Source: Sphyrna mokarran
Lineage: Eukaryota
Direction of reading: 5' to 3'
Assembly: GCA_024679065.1 (NCBI GenBank)
Contig: JAGIQG010000009.1
Coordinates: 44,516,001-44,580,000, forward strand
DNA length: 64,000 bases
Each line of letters opens with the position of its first letter. Position 1 is the stretch's first letter. The notes below the pieces were generated by a model, which was not told where the DNA came from, did no database searches, and saw only the letters and a list, made by a program, of their open reading frames with translations. Below, one piece after another: positions 37,846-49,404 of this stretch. Position numbers and translations under genes: made by a program.

Positions 37846-38424
37846 CCTAATTTTAAACAAAATAAATTTTAAAAAGAATCTGCTCCTGTCTTTAAGCTGG
37901 TAAGTCTCTGGCCTTAGAGCTTTGAGTATTTACCTGTCATCCTTATTTGGCAGCAGAAACACCCTTGGGCCACTAATTGGCCAATTTGGTGAAAACTATG
38001 GCTGTTTCTCACACATTGTGTGGGCTTCTGACCCCAATTTGAGCCTGACAGCAAGGTTACACACTCGGTGAGATTCTTGTCCCAGGATTCTCTATTAACC
38101 GGCTGCCAAGGCATTGTGCTGTAGGGGGTTTTGCTAACAATCCTGGGGATGCTCCACACTTGGGGGTTATAGTGGAGTTATATTATCTATAATTAATCAA
38201 CTGCATTAAAGATCCATGCTATGCCTGATTTGGTACTGTTCTCACTAACACTGAAACAACCTAATTCATATATGATTAGTGCACATTTTATAAAGAATTG
38301 CTGAATTGAAAGGTTGCTCACAAATGGTATTTTTATCTGTAGCCAATCACCTTTCAATGTCCTAAGTTTAGGTGAGAATTCCATGTGTTTTGTTATAGTG
38401 GAGAAAATGCTTGAATCTATCATC

Positions 38425-39822
38425 AGGGCTGAAATAGTGAGACAGCTGTGTTCATGGGAGACAGGTAATGTTTAATTAATTTACTGGAAGTCTTTGAGGA
38501 TATTACAAGTGCGATGAATGATGGGGAACCGGTGGATGTGATATATCTGGATTTCCAGAAGGCATTCAACAAGATGCCGCACAAAAGTCTGCTCCACAAG
38601 ATAAAGGTGCACAGCATTATGGGTAATTTATTAGTACAGATAGAGGATTAGTTAATTAATGGCAAGCAAAGCGTAGAAGGTAAATGGATGGTTTTCTGGT
38701 TGGTGATCAGTGACTATGCCTCACATAGGGATCAGTGTTGGGATCGCAATTGTTTACAATTTACATAGATGATTTGGAGTTGGGGACCAAATGAAGTGTA
38801 TCAAAATTCGCAAATGACACTAAGATAAGTAGTAGAGCAAAGTGTGCAGAGGATGTTGAAAGTTTGCAAAGGGATATAGATAGTTTAAGTGAATGGGTAA
38901 GGGTCTGGCAGATGGTGTACAATGTTGGTAAATATGAAGTTATTCATTTTGGTATGAAAAGCAGCAAAGTGGACTATTATTTAAATTGCAGCATGCTGCT
39001 GTGAAGAGGGATCTGAGTGTCCTTGTGTACGAATCGCAAGAAGTTGGTTTGCAGGTGCAGCAGGTAATTAAGAAGTCAAATGGAACTTTGTTCTTCATTG
39101 CCAGAGGAGTGGAATTTAAAAAGAGAAAGATTATATTGCAGCTGCATAAAGTGCTGGTGAGGCCACATCTGGAATCCTGTGTATTGTTTTGGTCTCCTTA
39201 CTTGAAAAAGGATGTACTGGCACTGGATGGAGCGCAGAGGAGATTCACTAGTTGATTCTGGAGTCGAGAGAGTTGTCTTATGAGGAGAGTCTAAGTATAA
39301 TCATAGAATAGAATCATAGAATCCCACAGTGCAGAAAGAGGCCATTCTGTCCATCAAGTCTGCACCAACCAGAATCCTGCCCAGGCATCAAGTAGATAGC
39401 GACTATTATCATTGAAATTTAGAAGAATAAGGGGGGACGTTATAGAAATTTTTAAAATGATGAAGGAAATGCATGAGAAAGAAGCAGGGAGTTGCTTCCA
39501 CTGATGGGTGAAACCAGGACTAGGGGACATGGCCTCAAAATAAGGGAAAGCAGATTTAGGACTGAATTGAGGAGGAACTTCTTCACCCAAAGGGTTGTGA
39601 ATCTATGGAATTCCCTGCCCAGTGAAGCCATTGAGGCTTCTTCATTGAATGTTTTTAAGGCAAAGATAGATAGGTTTTTGATCAGTAAAGGAATTAAGCG
39701 TTCCGGTGGCTGGATGGTTAAGTGGAACTGAGTCTACAAAAAGGTCAGGTATGATCTTATTGAATGGCAGAGCAGGCTCGAGGGGCCAGATGGCCTACTC
39801 CTGCTCCTAGTTTTTATGTTTG
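38425..39822 (+). mobile_element. Degraded CR1 LINE with a nested antisense SINE-tail insertion (39300-39389)
   Basis: VDVIYLDFQKAFNK, VRPHLESCVLFWSP, RTRGHGLKI...FFTQRVVNLWNSLP; insertion flanked by aagtata/aagtaga. Confidence 0.92.
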
Positions 39823-40152
39823 AGGACATGTGTCATTCTTTTTCCATGTGCTAGTTAAAGCTCTCTATCAGCTGATGTCCATTATCCATGTGTGTTCAGC
39901 ACTCAATTAAAGTTGGATCACTGATTCATTATATACTTTAAACAGTTTTAAAAGTTTGTATGAATTAGTGATTCCACTCATTTAGTTGTTTTATATTAAC
40001 AATTGTCACAGCCATGAATCAAAATCAGACAACCTCAGAGCTGGATGGTAATCTGTCAATATGTTTTAGAACATATATGTAGCTTTCATCCAATATAAAT
40101 TTCTGCAGCAGATTATAACTCGCTATTGGATTGCCAGATCTGCACTAGATCT

Positions 40153-40620
40153 TTGATTTTATTTGATTATTTTTGTCACAGGTACTAATATACAGTGAAA
40201 AATATTGTTTCTTACGTGCTCATCACATATTGTCTACAGTGCAGGAGGAGGCCATTCGGCCCATCAAGCCTGCACCGACAACAATCCCACTAAGGCCCTA
40301 TTCCCAGAACCCCACATATTTACTTTGATAATCCCCCTGACACTAAGGGTTAATTTAGCACAGCCAATCAACCAAACCCACACATTTTGGATGTGGGAGG
40401 AAACCGGAGTGCCTGGAGGAAATAGACGCAGACTCGGGGAGAACGTCCAAACTCCATACAGACAGTGATCCAAACCAGGAATCGAACTCAGGTCCCTGAC
40501 GCTGTGAAGCAACAATGCTAACCATTGTGCCACCATGCCACCCTTACAGATAAAGAATCCTGTTCATAGAGAATATAGGGGAAAAGGAAAAGATAGGATG
40601 CAGAACATAGTGTTATAGAT
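40153..40620 (-). mobile_element. Rex1/Babar-like LINE 3' end interrupted by a SINE
   Basis: gatttt...tttttgtcacagg...tacagtgaaaaatattgtttctt is the reverse complement of the tail at 46400-46480. Confidence 0.75.
40234..40543 (-). mobile_element. Full-length HE1/V-SINE-like SINE, tail B
   Basis: ctacagtgcaggaggaggccattcggcccatcaag (tail) ... gctaaccattgtgccaccatgccaccc (head). Confidence 0.9.
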
Positions 40621-40649
40621 CTTTTAAGTATTGAACTAATTCTTAAACC

Positions 40650-41885
40650 AAAGCAAAAATTGCAAATGCTGGAATTAAATCAGAAAATGCCAGATATGCT
40701 CAGTAAGTCTGGCAGAACCTGTGGGGAGCAGAACAAACATTTCAGTTTAGTGGCTTTTCAATAGATTATTGAGGAAAGCCCTCTGAAATGTTGGGGGTGA
40801 TTCTATCAAAAGTGCTGAATTGGTGAGAAAACTGTTTTAGGTCACAACTGTTTTCGCAGTTTAACTTCACACTCGAACCTCCCCACTCTGTGCAACGCAG
40901 AGATCCCAATCGGAAATGTCTTTAAAAACCAGGGGAGAGCGAAGCCTATTTGCACCAGGGTCTGACAGCTCTGGAACTCTGTACATGTGCAGTAGTCCCG
41001 ATCTATCAGTCTCCCCAGTTCGTTGGCCAGCCTAGGACCCCTGCAGTGCTGCCCCACTACCACAACCCGATCGCGGCTCCCAGAACAATTCCCAGACTTG
41101 ACCCACTCTCCATGCCCTTTAGCGCCTCGATGTCCAGCTGCACACCCCGGAACCAGCAATGGTGATTCACCCCACCCAGGCAGACCCATCCCCTCCAGGT
41201 CCAGACACCCCCCTGAGAGGCAGACTCCCTAGCAGACCAACACCCCCCCCAGCCTGCCCGATTGCTGGCCTCCCTCCATCCCAGAGTGACAGTGGGACTC
41301 CCACATTCATCAATTGCCCCTAGGCCCTGCCACAATAGGCCCCACCCCCTGCCAAGATGCCCCCTGGGAATGGACATTTGCCCCTCAGGCAGTGCAGGGG
41401 GCACAGGCCAATACTGCCAAGGGATCCATGCTTGGAGGCACCACCCACTTCCCCCCACCCCCCGCAACTGCCCGACCGCCTGAAGGGCCCAATTGCCCCC
41501 TTTCATTCCAGCAAGGCCTCCCGCAAGTTCTCCGCATGTGTCCAATTACTCTAAACCCCGCTGGAATATAGTACCCCTGGCGGAGTGGGAAATTCAATTG
41601 GGACCGGCAAGTTTCCGATAATGACATTGAAAATGTATTTAAACTACTTTGGAAAAAGATTTAGATGATTTACCTGTCTTCCTGCTGGTTTCCAGTGTGG
41701 TCTAGATTTTGACTGTTCTCCGGTTCTGGGTGATGCACATGTATTCCTGACACGTGCAAATCCCAGTACAAGACCAATAACGTGCATCTCCCATCCCGAC
41801 CCACCATAAAAGTTGTGGTTGTGATGGGAGAATCACCCCTGTTAATTCTGTTTCCTGCTCCACAGATGCTGCTGCACCTGCGTTT
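40650..41885. mobile_element. Short palindromic Penelope-like terminal-repeat remnant split by a TIR element
   Basis: aaagcaaaaattgcaaatgctggaa...ctggcagaacctgtggggagcagaac (left) and gaaatgtt|aattctgtttcctgctccacagatgctgc (inverted right half). Confidence 0.55.
40793..41840. mobile_element. Non-autonomous TIR DNA transposon with a 3-bp TSD (Harbinger-like)
   Basis: TIRs (g)ggggtgattct / agaatcacccc(t); GTT at 40790-40792 and 41841-41843; removal restores gaaatgttaattctg. Confidence 0.75.
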
Positions 41886-41889
41886 TAAA

Positions 41890-42015
41890 AAATTCATTCA
41901 TGAGACATGGGCGTCGCTGGCTGGCCAGCATTTATTGCCCATCCCTAGTTGCTCCTGACAAGGTGGTGGTGAGCTGCCTTCTTGAATTGTTGCAGTCCAC
42001 GTGTTGTGGGTTGAT
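41890..42015 (-). mobile_element. 3' tail of the CR1-group LINE seen at 32320-33975
   Basis: gctggctggccagcatttattgcccatcc...ggtgagctgccttcttgaattgttgcagt is the reverse complement of 33860-33965. Confidence 0.8.
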
Positions 42016-44760
42016 TTCATCATTTGCTATTTTTAATTTCTAAACGTATTTGTGTCTGACTGATAAATGGGTATAGAAATGCTTCTTAATCACAGCCCAA
42101 CACAAAGGGCTCTCTGGACCATTGGAGCCTTTTCATTTAGGAAACAAGAATGTTTAGATGCGTAATAGTTGCCAAGCACTTAGACCAGGAGGCATGTGAT
42201 ACTAGCAGAACAATTTTGTTTAAATGTGCCATCTGGAATTTGAGTACTTGCTCTGCCAGTTACTTTTTCAAATACTGTAGCAGAAAAGATAGTGAATCAG
42301 TTGGAAATGCCAAAATAACAAGCGGGTTTCACCCAATCTCTGCAAGATTTCAGAAATCCATCAAGAATAACACCAAAATTATTTCTCAGTGGTCTCTGTA
42401 TACCACCAACCAAAGTTACAATGGGAGAAATTATCTGAAGTGAAATTAATGGTGCCGGAATTGGACTAAATGAGGCAATGAAGATAAACATTGCAGTAAA
42501 AACAGCTGGAAAGGTCAATTCACAGTTGAGAAGAAGTTCAGGTTTTGATATGTAAAAAGAAATGTCTGCAACTTGGAGAAAATTGTATCTAGTGACTTCA
42601 TTCATACAATCAAAGAATCATACACTGTTATTGTCTTGTCCTTTTGGAAAAAAATTCAAAATGCGAAGGCTAGATTTTGGCCAAACCGGGATTATTTGGG
42701 AGTGTTTTAAAAATTGCAGGAGGCGATTCTGGGATTCACGACCCTATTCCCAGAATTTCCAATTTTGAGGAGTGCCTTTAAAGGGTGTGACATGGTTTGG
42801 GTTGCGAGTCCGCACTCTGCAGTCATGACCTACTGGAGTCCATTGAAGGATTTGGCGTGTTATGTTCTCATCCTCCACAATTTTCATAGGCTTGGGCGAG
42901 CTTTTCCAGTCCCCCACAGCTGATTACCCTGGGAGCGTAGTTGGGTTACGGAGAGTAGTCTAGTCCAGCTGGAGGAGTGAAGTGGATTTGGGTTGTTGGA
43001 GCTTTGGTATAGGTCAATTTGTAGGGTAGTTGGGTGGTTAGGAGATAGACAAGCTTAGGGAATAGTGAGTGAGGGGTTTGAGGGAGTATTTTGGGGGTTG
43101 TGAAGGTATACAGGTTTTGGACCAGGTTTTAATCTGTCCAATATTTCTTGGATGCACAAAGGCTAGATCCAGACTGTTATACATTATTCATACAGGACAC
43201 AATGAGTTAGCAGCTTAGCTTACATCAATAATAATCAGAGGAGGTATGAAGCAGTTGGCTGATTCATTATCACTCATTTTACACCATTGCACAAAGTTCA
43301 GATCAACACTTAACACTTGTTGAATGAATTACTTAGGAGGCAGTTTAAACAGATCCAAGAGACAATTAAATATGTTTCTCGAGATGGAACGAATTGAGAG
43401 ATACAGATAGGCTGTTTAAAGAGATAGGCTTGTTCAGTTTAATGGGCTTTTCCTTCTGCTAAAAATTCTTGTGGTCTTACCTATTGTTACACCATTACTG
43501 AGCTTCAGCTGGAAATGAATGTGTATAATTAAGTTCTTGTAGATCTTTCTCTTGACAAAATAATAACCTCATCATTTCCAACTTACTTACAGCTACTTTG
43601 TATTGCTGGCCCATTGGCATCATATCATATTCCATTTGAAGGAATGCATGTTGCTGACTTGTATCCACGAGGAATTGGATTTAATGCAATACTGCTCAGT
43701 CTCATTTAACTGAGCAAATGTGATGGCTGTCAGAGAAAGAAATTATTATTGTTCTTGTTCCTGTCTGGGCAGGAATCAACCTTAGATAGTGGTGATTCTA
43801 CAAATATGTGCTACTTTATACATAATACAAAAAAACTGTTTTGTTTTCTAGTTGCAAATTACATATCCATTAGAGTAATAGAAGTATAAAATGTGATTAT
43901 GGTGGTAACTGAGATTCTATTCCAGTTGAAAAGGGTATATTTGGTGTTATAAAGTACTATAAAGAGACACTGATGGGCAGTACTGCGGTTTGACGTTTAA
44001 TTCAGGATCTTGTGTAGTATTGTGTCTATTTTACTCGAACAGGATTGCAGGACTAAGGTTTAAAATAAGCGAGCCTGAAGTAAATTTCGGGATTTTTTTT
44101 TCCCCCTCAGAGTAACAAATACATAAAACATACTTCTTCAAACTATTATAGATTAAAGCTCCTTGAGATACATTGGTACTGGGTTTGGTTTTATTGCTTC
44201 CTGTACAATGTTGAGAAGTAAATATGTGGGGTTTGATAAAAATTCCAGTTTTGTTTAATTATCTTTGGTTATAAAGGAGTATGTATGCAATACTAACTCC
44301 CTTGAGCTAAAATTGTGGAGCTGTATTTATTATAATATAGGTTTTACATGGAGATGTTCTGATATAGGACTAATGAACACTACAATGATGACACTTTCCA
44401 CTGGCACAAATGCAGCTTGGCGCTTTCACCCAATTTCAAAGTCAATTCATTGTTAAAAATTATATGTGGTTCTAGGTGCAGAATTGGCATTGGTGGAAGA
44501 GAACTATGTGTATGTGAAATTTAAAAGAAATGTGATGTCAGGGTGCCAAAAAATATTAATTAATTCAGAAAGGCTCAACAGACTTCTAGTTTCAACAGTA
44601 GCCTTTTCTGAAGCCGCAAAGGGTATAAGTATTGGCAAAACAGAAATGAAGGGAACGTTGACCAAAGGTTCAGTCTGAGTCGTGCAGCCAAGTGACAAAG
44701 CATCCCAGCATCCCGACCTTTAATTTAACAACTGCCCAAGTTAAAGTGATATTGTATTGA

Positions 44761-45057
44761 AAGTTTAAAGTTTATTTATTAGTCAACGTAGGCTTACATT
44801 CAGAATGCAATGAAGTTACTGTGGAAGTCCCCTAGTTGCCATACCTGTTTGGGAAATTGAGGAAGAATTTAGCATGTCCAATTACCTAACCTTCAAATCT
44901 TCGGACTGTGGAAGGGGACGGGAGCACCCAAAGGAAACCATGCAGACACAGGGAGAATGTGCAAACTCCACACATTCAATGACCCAAGCCAGGAATCGAA
45001 CCTGGCCCCTGACACTGTAAGGCAACAGTGCTAACCACTATGCCACTATGCTGCCCA
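44761..45057 (-). mobile_element. HE1/V-SINE-like SINE, tail type A
   Basis: aagtttatttattagtc...taggcttacatt...tgcaatgaagttactgtg (tail); gtgctaaccactatgccactatgctgccc (head). Confidence 0.88.
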
Positions 45058-45879
45058 GTAGCTGGAAGGGGATTTGATTATTGAGTATCTTGAAGGCACG
45101 AGCACCAAAGGATACCATTGCATGGTGTTTGTAATGAAGTAGAATTAGGTTCAGCATGCTGTGTCACCCAACATACTGCCATTCATGTAGCAATAGCAAA
45201 GCTCTGCTTTCATTTTATCAATGTTTCAGGCCTCCATTACTACCCCTTCTTCCCTATTGTTTGTAATCTTGGCAATTTTATGAACTTTCTCAATTTAAAA
45301 GTGCACTTTCTTAATAATAGGGATGCTTTAAACTGTCTGATTCAGTTTCTAATGCAAGCAGACTGTAATTTAGAATCTATTATTTGTAAAGTTGTTGATT
45401 AAAAGGACCCAGGCACCACAATTAAACGTTGAAGCAAAATAATTTGCTTAATTAAAGCTTCGTTAAAGCTCACTGTTTTCTTAATCTGAGTCACACTGAA
45501 AGACGGTTACTAATCATATACCAAACTATTTTCCTACTGAGTAGTACCAGCAAGCTGTTTCCTTCCTGATTGTTCTCCTTTTCTCCTTCCTTCCATTCCT
45601 ATTTCCTCCCTACTCTGCTTTGAGGAAGGTTTTGACTCTTTAATGTAGAATTGCTCTCTGTTCAGGGAGTTTAACACATGAAATATTCATAGCAGGAAGG
45701 CCCTCGGTTTGATCACCACTCTGGTCAGAGTTGGCTGATCACAACCCGGATGGGATGGTGGATAAAGAGCCAGACGGACAGAATCTCCAAATTCTTCTGA
45801 CCTACTGTCTGTAATCAGAATGGTTCCACTTTGATGAAGCTGAAGTATGTTTCCTAAACTCTGTTCACATTTTGTATAA

Positions 45880-46482
45880 AGTCACCAGCAGTTGCCTTGC
45901 TGATACTACAATTAAGAAAACCCACCAATGTCTCTACTTTCTCAGAAGACTAACGAAATTTGGCATGTCAGCTACAACTCTCACCAACTTTTACAGATGC
46001 ACAATAGAAAGCACCATTCTTTCTGGTTGTGTCACAGCTTGGTATGGCTCCTGCTCTGCCCAAGACTGCAAGGAACTACAAAAGATCATGAACGTAGCGC
46101 AATCCATCACGCAAACCAGTTCCTATCCCTTGACTCTGTTTACACTTCCTGCCACCTCGGCAAGCCAGCCAGCATAATTAAGGACCCTACACACCTTGGA
46201 CATTCTCTCTTCCGCCTTCTTCCAGTGGGAAAAAGATACACAAGTCTGAGGTCACTTACCAACTGACTCAAGAACAGCTTCTTCCCTGCCGCTGTCAGAC
46301 TTTTGAATGGACTTACCTTGCATTAAGTTGATTTTTCTCTACACCCTAGTTATGACTGTGACACTTCATTCTACACTCTTAGTTTTCTTCTCTATGAATG
46401 TAATGTTTTGTCCGTACAGTGCACAAGAAACAATACTTTTCACTGTATGTTAACACATGTAACAATAATAAATCAAATGAAA
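45880..46482 (+). mobile_element. Rex1/Babar-clade LINE 3' fragment
   Basis: KKTHQCLYFLRRLTKFGMSATTLTNFYRCTIES...AWYGSCSAQD and IIKDPTHLGHSLFRLLPVGKRY; tail ttttcactgtatgttaacacatgtaacaataataaatc. Confidence 0.88.
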
Positions 46483-47698
46483 TTCAGTAGACTTCCTCCG
46501 ATTTTTAAACCAGGATTATTCACACATACTGACCTGTATTTTTTTGGATATTGGGATCTCCCTTCCTGCCAACTGAAAGATCAATGGGAAACATCTCCCC
46601 ATTGACTCTGAGGGCTGCAGCAATTTCATGCTTCACTAAGTGTCATTTGGCTCCAGGGCAGGACTTTGCCTTCTCACTTGGGAGGAAGTTTCACATGAGC
46701 GAGCTGATAGCCAAATAGATTGGTGGCTTTTGAGATTCTGCAGGGACAAGAATCTGAACTGAACTGAACAGGGACTTGTGGGAGTAGCCTGGCCCAAGTT
46801 CTAGGACTGAAGGGCAAGATCATTTTAGGAGGTCCCTGGCAGGGAAGGACAGGGGAAGGACTTGGGCTGATCTAGGTATTCGAGGAAAGGCCTGGGGGGG
46901 TAAAGGGAGGTCCAGAGGCTACTGGAAATTGAAGGCTTCTGATTGAGGCCTTCCCAACCTCCCATTTCCCACCTAAGATCTGAGCGTGTTCATTTTAGGG
47001 CCTTCCCCACATATCAGGTAAATCCTCCTGGCAGTCTAAGAAAGGCAGGGCAGGAAGCAGCCCAATAGTGGCTAATAATTGACCATTTAAGGATTTCAAT
47101 TGGGGCAAGGGTGGCTGGCTCATCTAAGACCTTGCCTATCCCAGCATAAAATTGCTGTGAGGTTGGGGTGGGCAGGAACTCGGAGGAAATTCCATTCCTT
47201 CAATGTCACCCTCCCTCCCATCCTGCTGGCGGGAGAGTGTGAAATTCAGGCCATTAGCCTGGAAATGGTTTTTGTCACCACTACAAGTACACGTGCACAT
47301 TCGATACACACAAGGAGAGAAAGGAGTTTCACTTCCACAAATATTAAAACTAAACAAAATATTAAACAATTCACATGAATATCATAATCCAGCAAGTGGG
47401 ATTGTTCCACGTAGGAGTTAATTCAGCAGTGACCATGTAGCTGAAAACAAGATTTTGTGGAGTTTACTTCTGCATAAGAGATGTGCATCAAGTTGAGAAA
47501 GGCAGCCTTGATAATGCTTGTAGTCAGAGTGTTGGTTTACTTTTTCAGATGAATTTAGAATCTTTTGAAGAACAGATTTCGAGGAGGTTTCAAATTTTCA
47601 GCCTTGTGGCTTGATACAAACCTGTTAATAGCTGTTAAAAGATTTTAAAAGCCAAGTTTCTGCAGTGATGTTATGTATGCATTCTGCCTCTTCTCAAG

Positions 47699-47845
47699 CA
47701 GAAAGAAATCTCACAACACCAGTTTAAAGTCCGAACAGGTTTATTTGTAGCAAAAGCCACAAGCTTTTGGGACAGCCTGTCCCTGCGTCTGGTAGACTTT
47801 AAACTGGTGTTGTGGGACTTCTTTCTGTTTTACCCCAGTCTAACG
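47699..47845. mobile_element. Short fold-back repeat, Penelope-like terminal-repeat derivative
   Basis: 33-bp inverted arms 47699-47731 / 47795-47827 with 2 mismatches; same family as 61217-61305. Confidence 0.65.
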
Positions 47846-48530
47846 GTCATTGATATACAATGTAAAGCAATCACTAGTCTGTTCATATTAACAAAGTAGT
47901 TCCACTTCCCATGGCCAAAACTATCGATATGCATTGCAGGTTGATAGCAGTTCTTAGCACTTCATTGTGTATGGTCAGTTTTGGTAGAACCCCTTCAATA
48001 CCTGACAGTTCTGGAAACAGGATTTCTGAGGTTGTATTGACCTTGTTGTTTCAAGATGAATCCTGACAATGGCAGGCACAGCATTCCACAAGGCTGTGGT
48101 TATTGTACTTAAGGAGCTTCCAGAAGCTGGACCAACTTGCAATTCCAAAAGTCAAGTAATGTGTGGCAGCCGTTTTGAAAGTCCAACAATGTCCACTTTG
48201 GTTTAGTTTTCAATAATTTGTAATATTCCCGTATCTGCCCAACATAACAGTGCCCCACATCTGAGGCTGGGTGTCTGCTTTGGAGAAAAGATTCACTGTC
48301 ATATCTCTTGTGGCTAGCTAGTCTGTTAGCTAACAAACTATTTGTATGAAATACTGCGACTCACTTTATAGAACAATTCTCTGGCAAAGACTCTTCTGGA
48401 GAGGTGGTTATTCAGGGAAACTCCTTGAAGGTGATGCAACAAACTTGCCAAACTATTTACCATTCATTTGGAGACTGTGCTATTGGGAGATGGTGTTATT
48501 CTTTGCTGTGCAGCGCTGAAAGATGTCGAC

Positions 48531-48968
48531 GGGCGATTCTCCCAAAAATACCCTTGTGTCGAATTTGTGTAAAAACTGGAGTAAAATCTTTTCCAATGAA
48601 AGTTTCAAAATGAATCTCTCACACTGTGTACACCGCTGAGTGCACTAGCCTGAATCAGTCCAAAAAGCTGGGGGTTGGCCCAATTCCTACTAGAGAGGCC
48701 AGCAGAATAGCGCTGAATGGGCTACTGCAGAGATTGGCGCATGCGCAATGGCTCCACACTGCCAGCCTCCTGATTGCTGGCTAGCTTAATCACTGCCTAG
48801 CCCCATGACTCCCACATTGCCAGCTGAGCAACTGACCCGATCGCTGGCCTTCCGAACATGTCTGGGCCAGGATTGACCATCACCACTCCCTACCCTGACC
48901 CATTCCACCACCGCCACAGTCTTGACTCCATCACAAAGGCAGTGCAGTGAGATGGGAGAATCACCCCC
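48531..48968. mobile_element. Non-autonomous TIR element, same family as 40793-41840
   Basis: TIRs gggcgattctccca / tgggagaatcaccc. Confidence 0.75.
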
Positions 48969-49079
48969 ATCTTTTGAAAAAGTGGGGAAAGTATTGGTCA
49001 AATTATTATAACCCAACGTAAGGCACCCTCTTGAACAGAAGGCAGAAAAATGGATGGGAAGAAAATATTAGTTTTCTTC

Positions 49080-49404
49080 GGTGACATGGTGGCACACTGG
49101 TTGGTATGGCTGCCTTACAGTGCCATGGATCCAGGTTCAATTCCAGCCTCAGGTGACTGTCTTATGTAGAGTTTCCACATTCTCCCTGTGTTTGTGTGGA
49201 TTTCTTCTGGGTGCTCCAGTTTCCTTCCACAGTCCAAACATGTACAGGTTAGGTTGATTAGCCATGCTAAGTTGTCCTTTAGTATCAGGGGGATTAGCAG
49301 GGTAAAAATTTAGGGTTCAAAGGATAGGGCCTCGGTGGGATTGTTCTTGTAATAAGTTTGATGAGCCAAATGGCCTCCTTTTGTACTGCAGGAGTTCTGT
49401 GATT
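49080..49404 (+). mobile_element. HE1/V-SINE-like SINE, tail B
   Basis: Head ggtgacatggtggcacactggttgg...ggttcaattcc; tail aatggcctccttttgtactgcaggagttctgtga. Confidence 0.88.

Noticed and set aside
40842-41627. Dense overlapping ORFs suggesting a GC-rich gene
   Set aside because: Inside a TIR-bounded non-autonomous element; ORFs in all frames reflect GC content and show no domain motifs.
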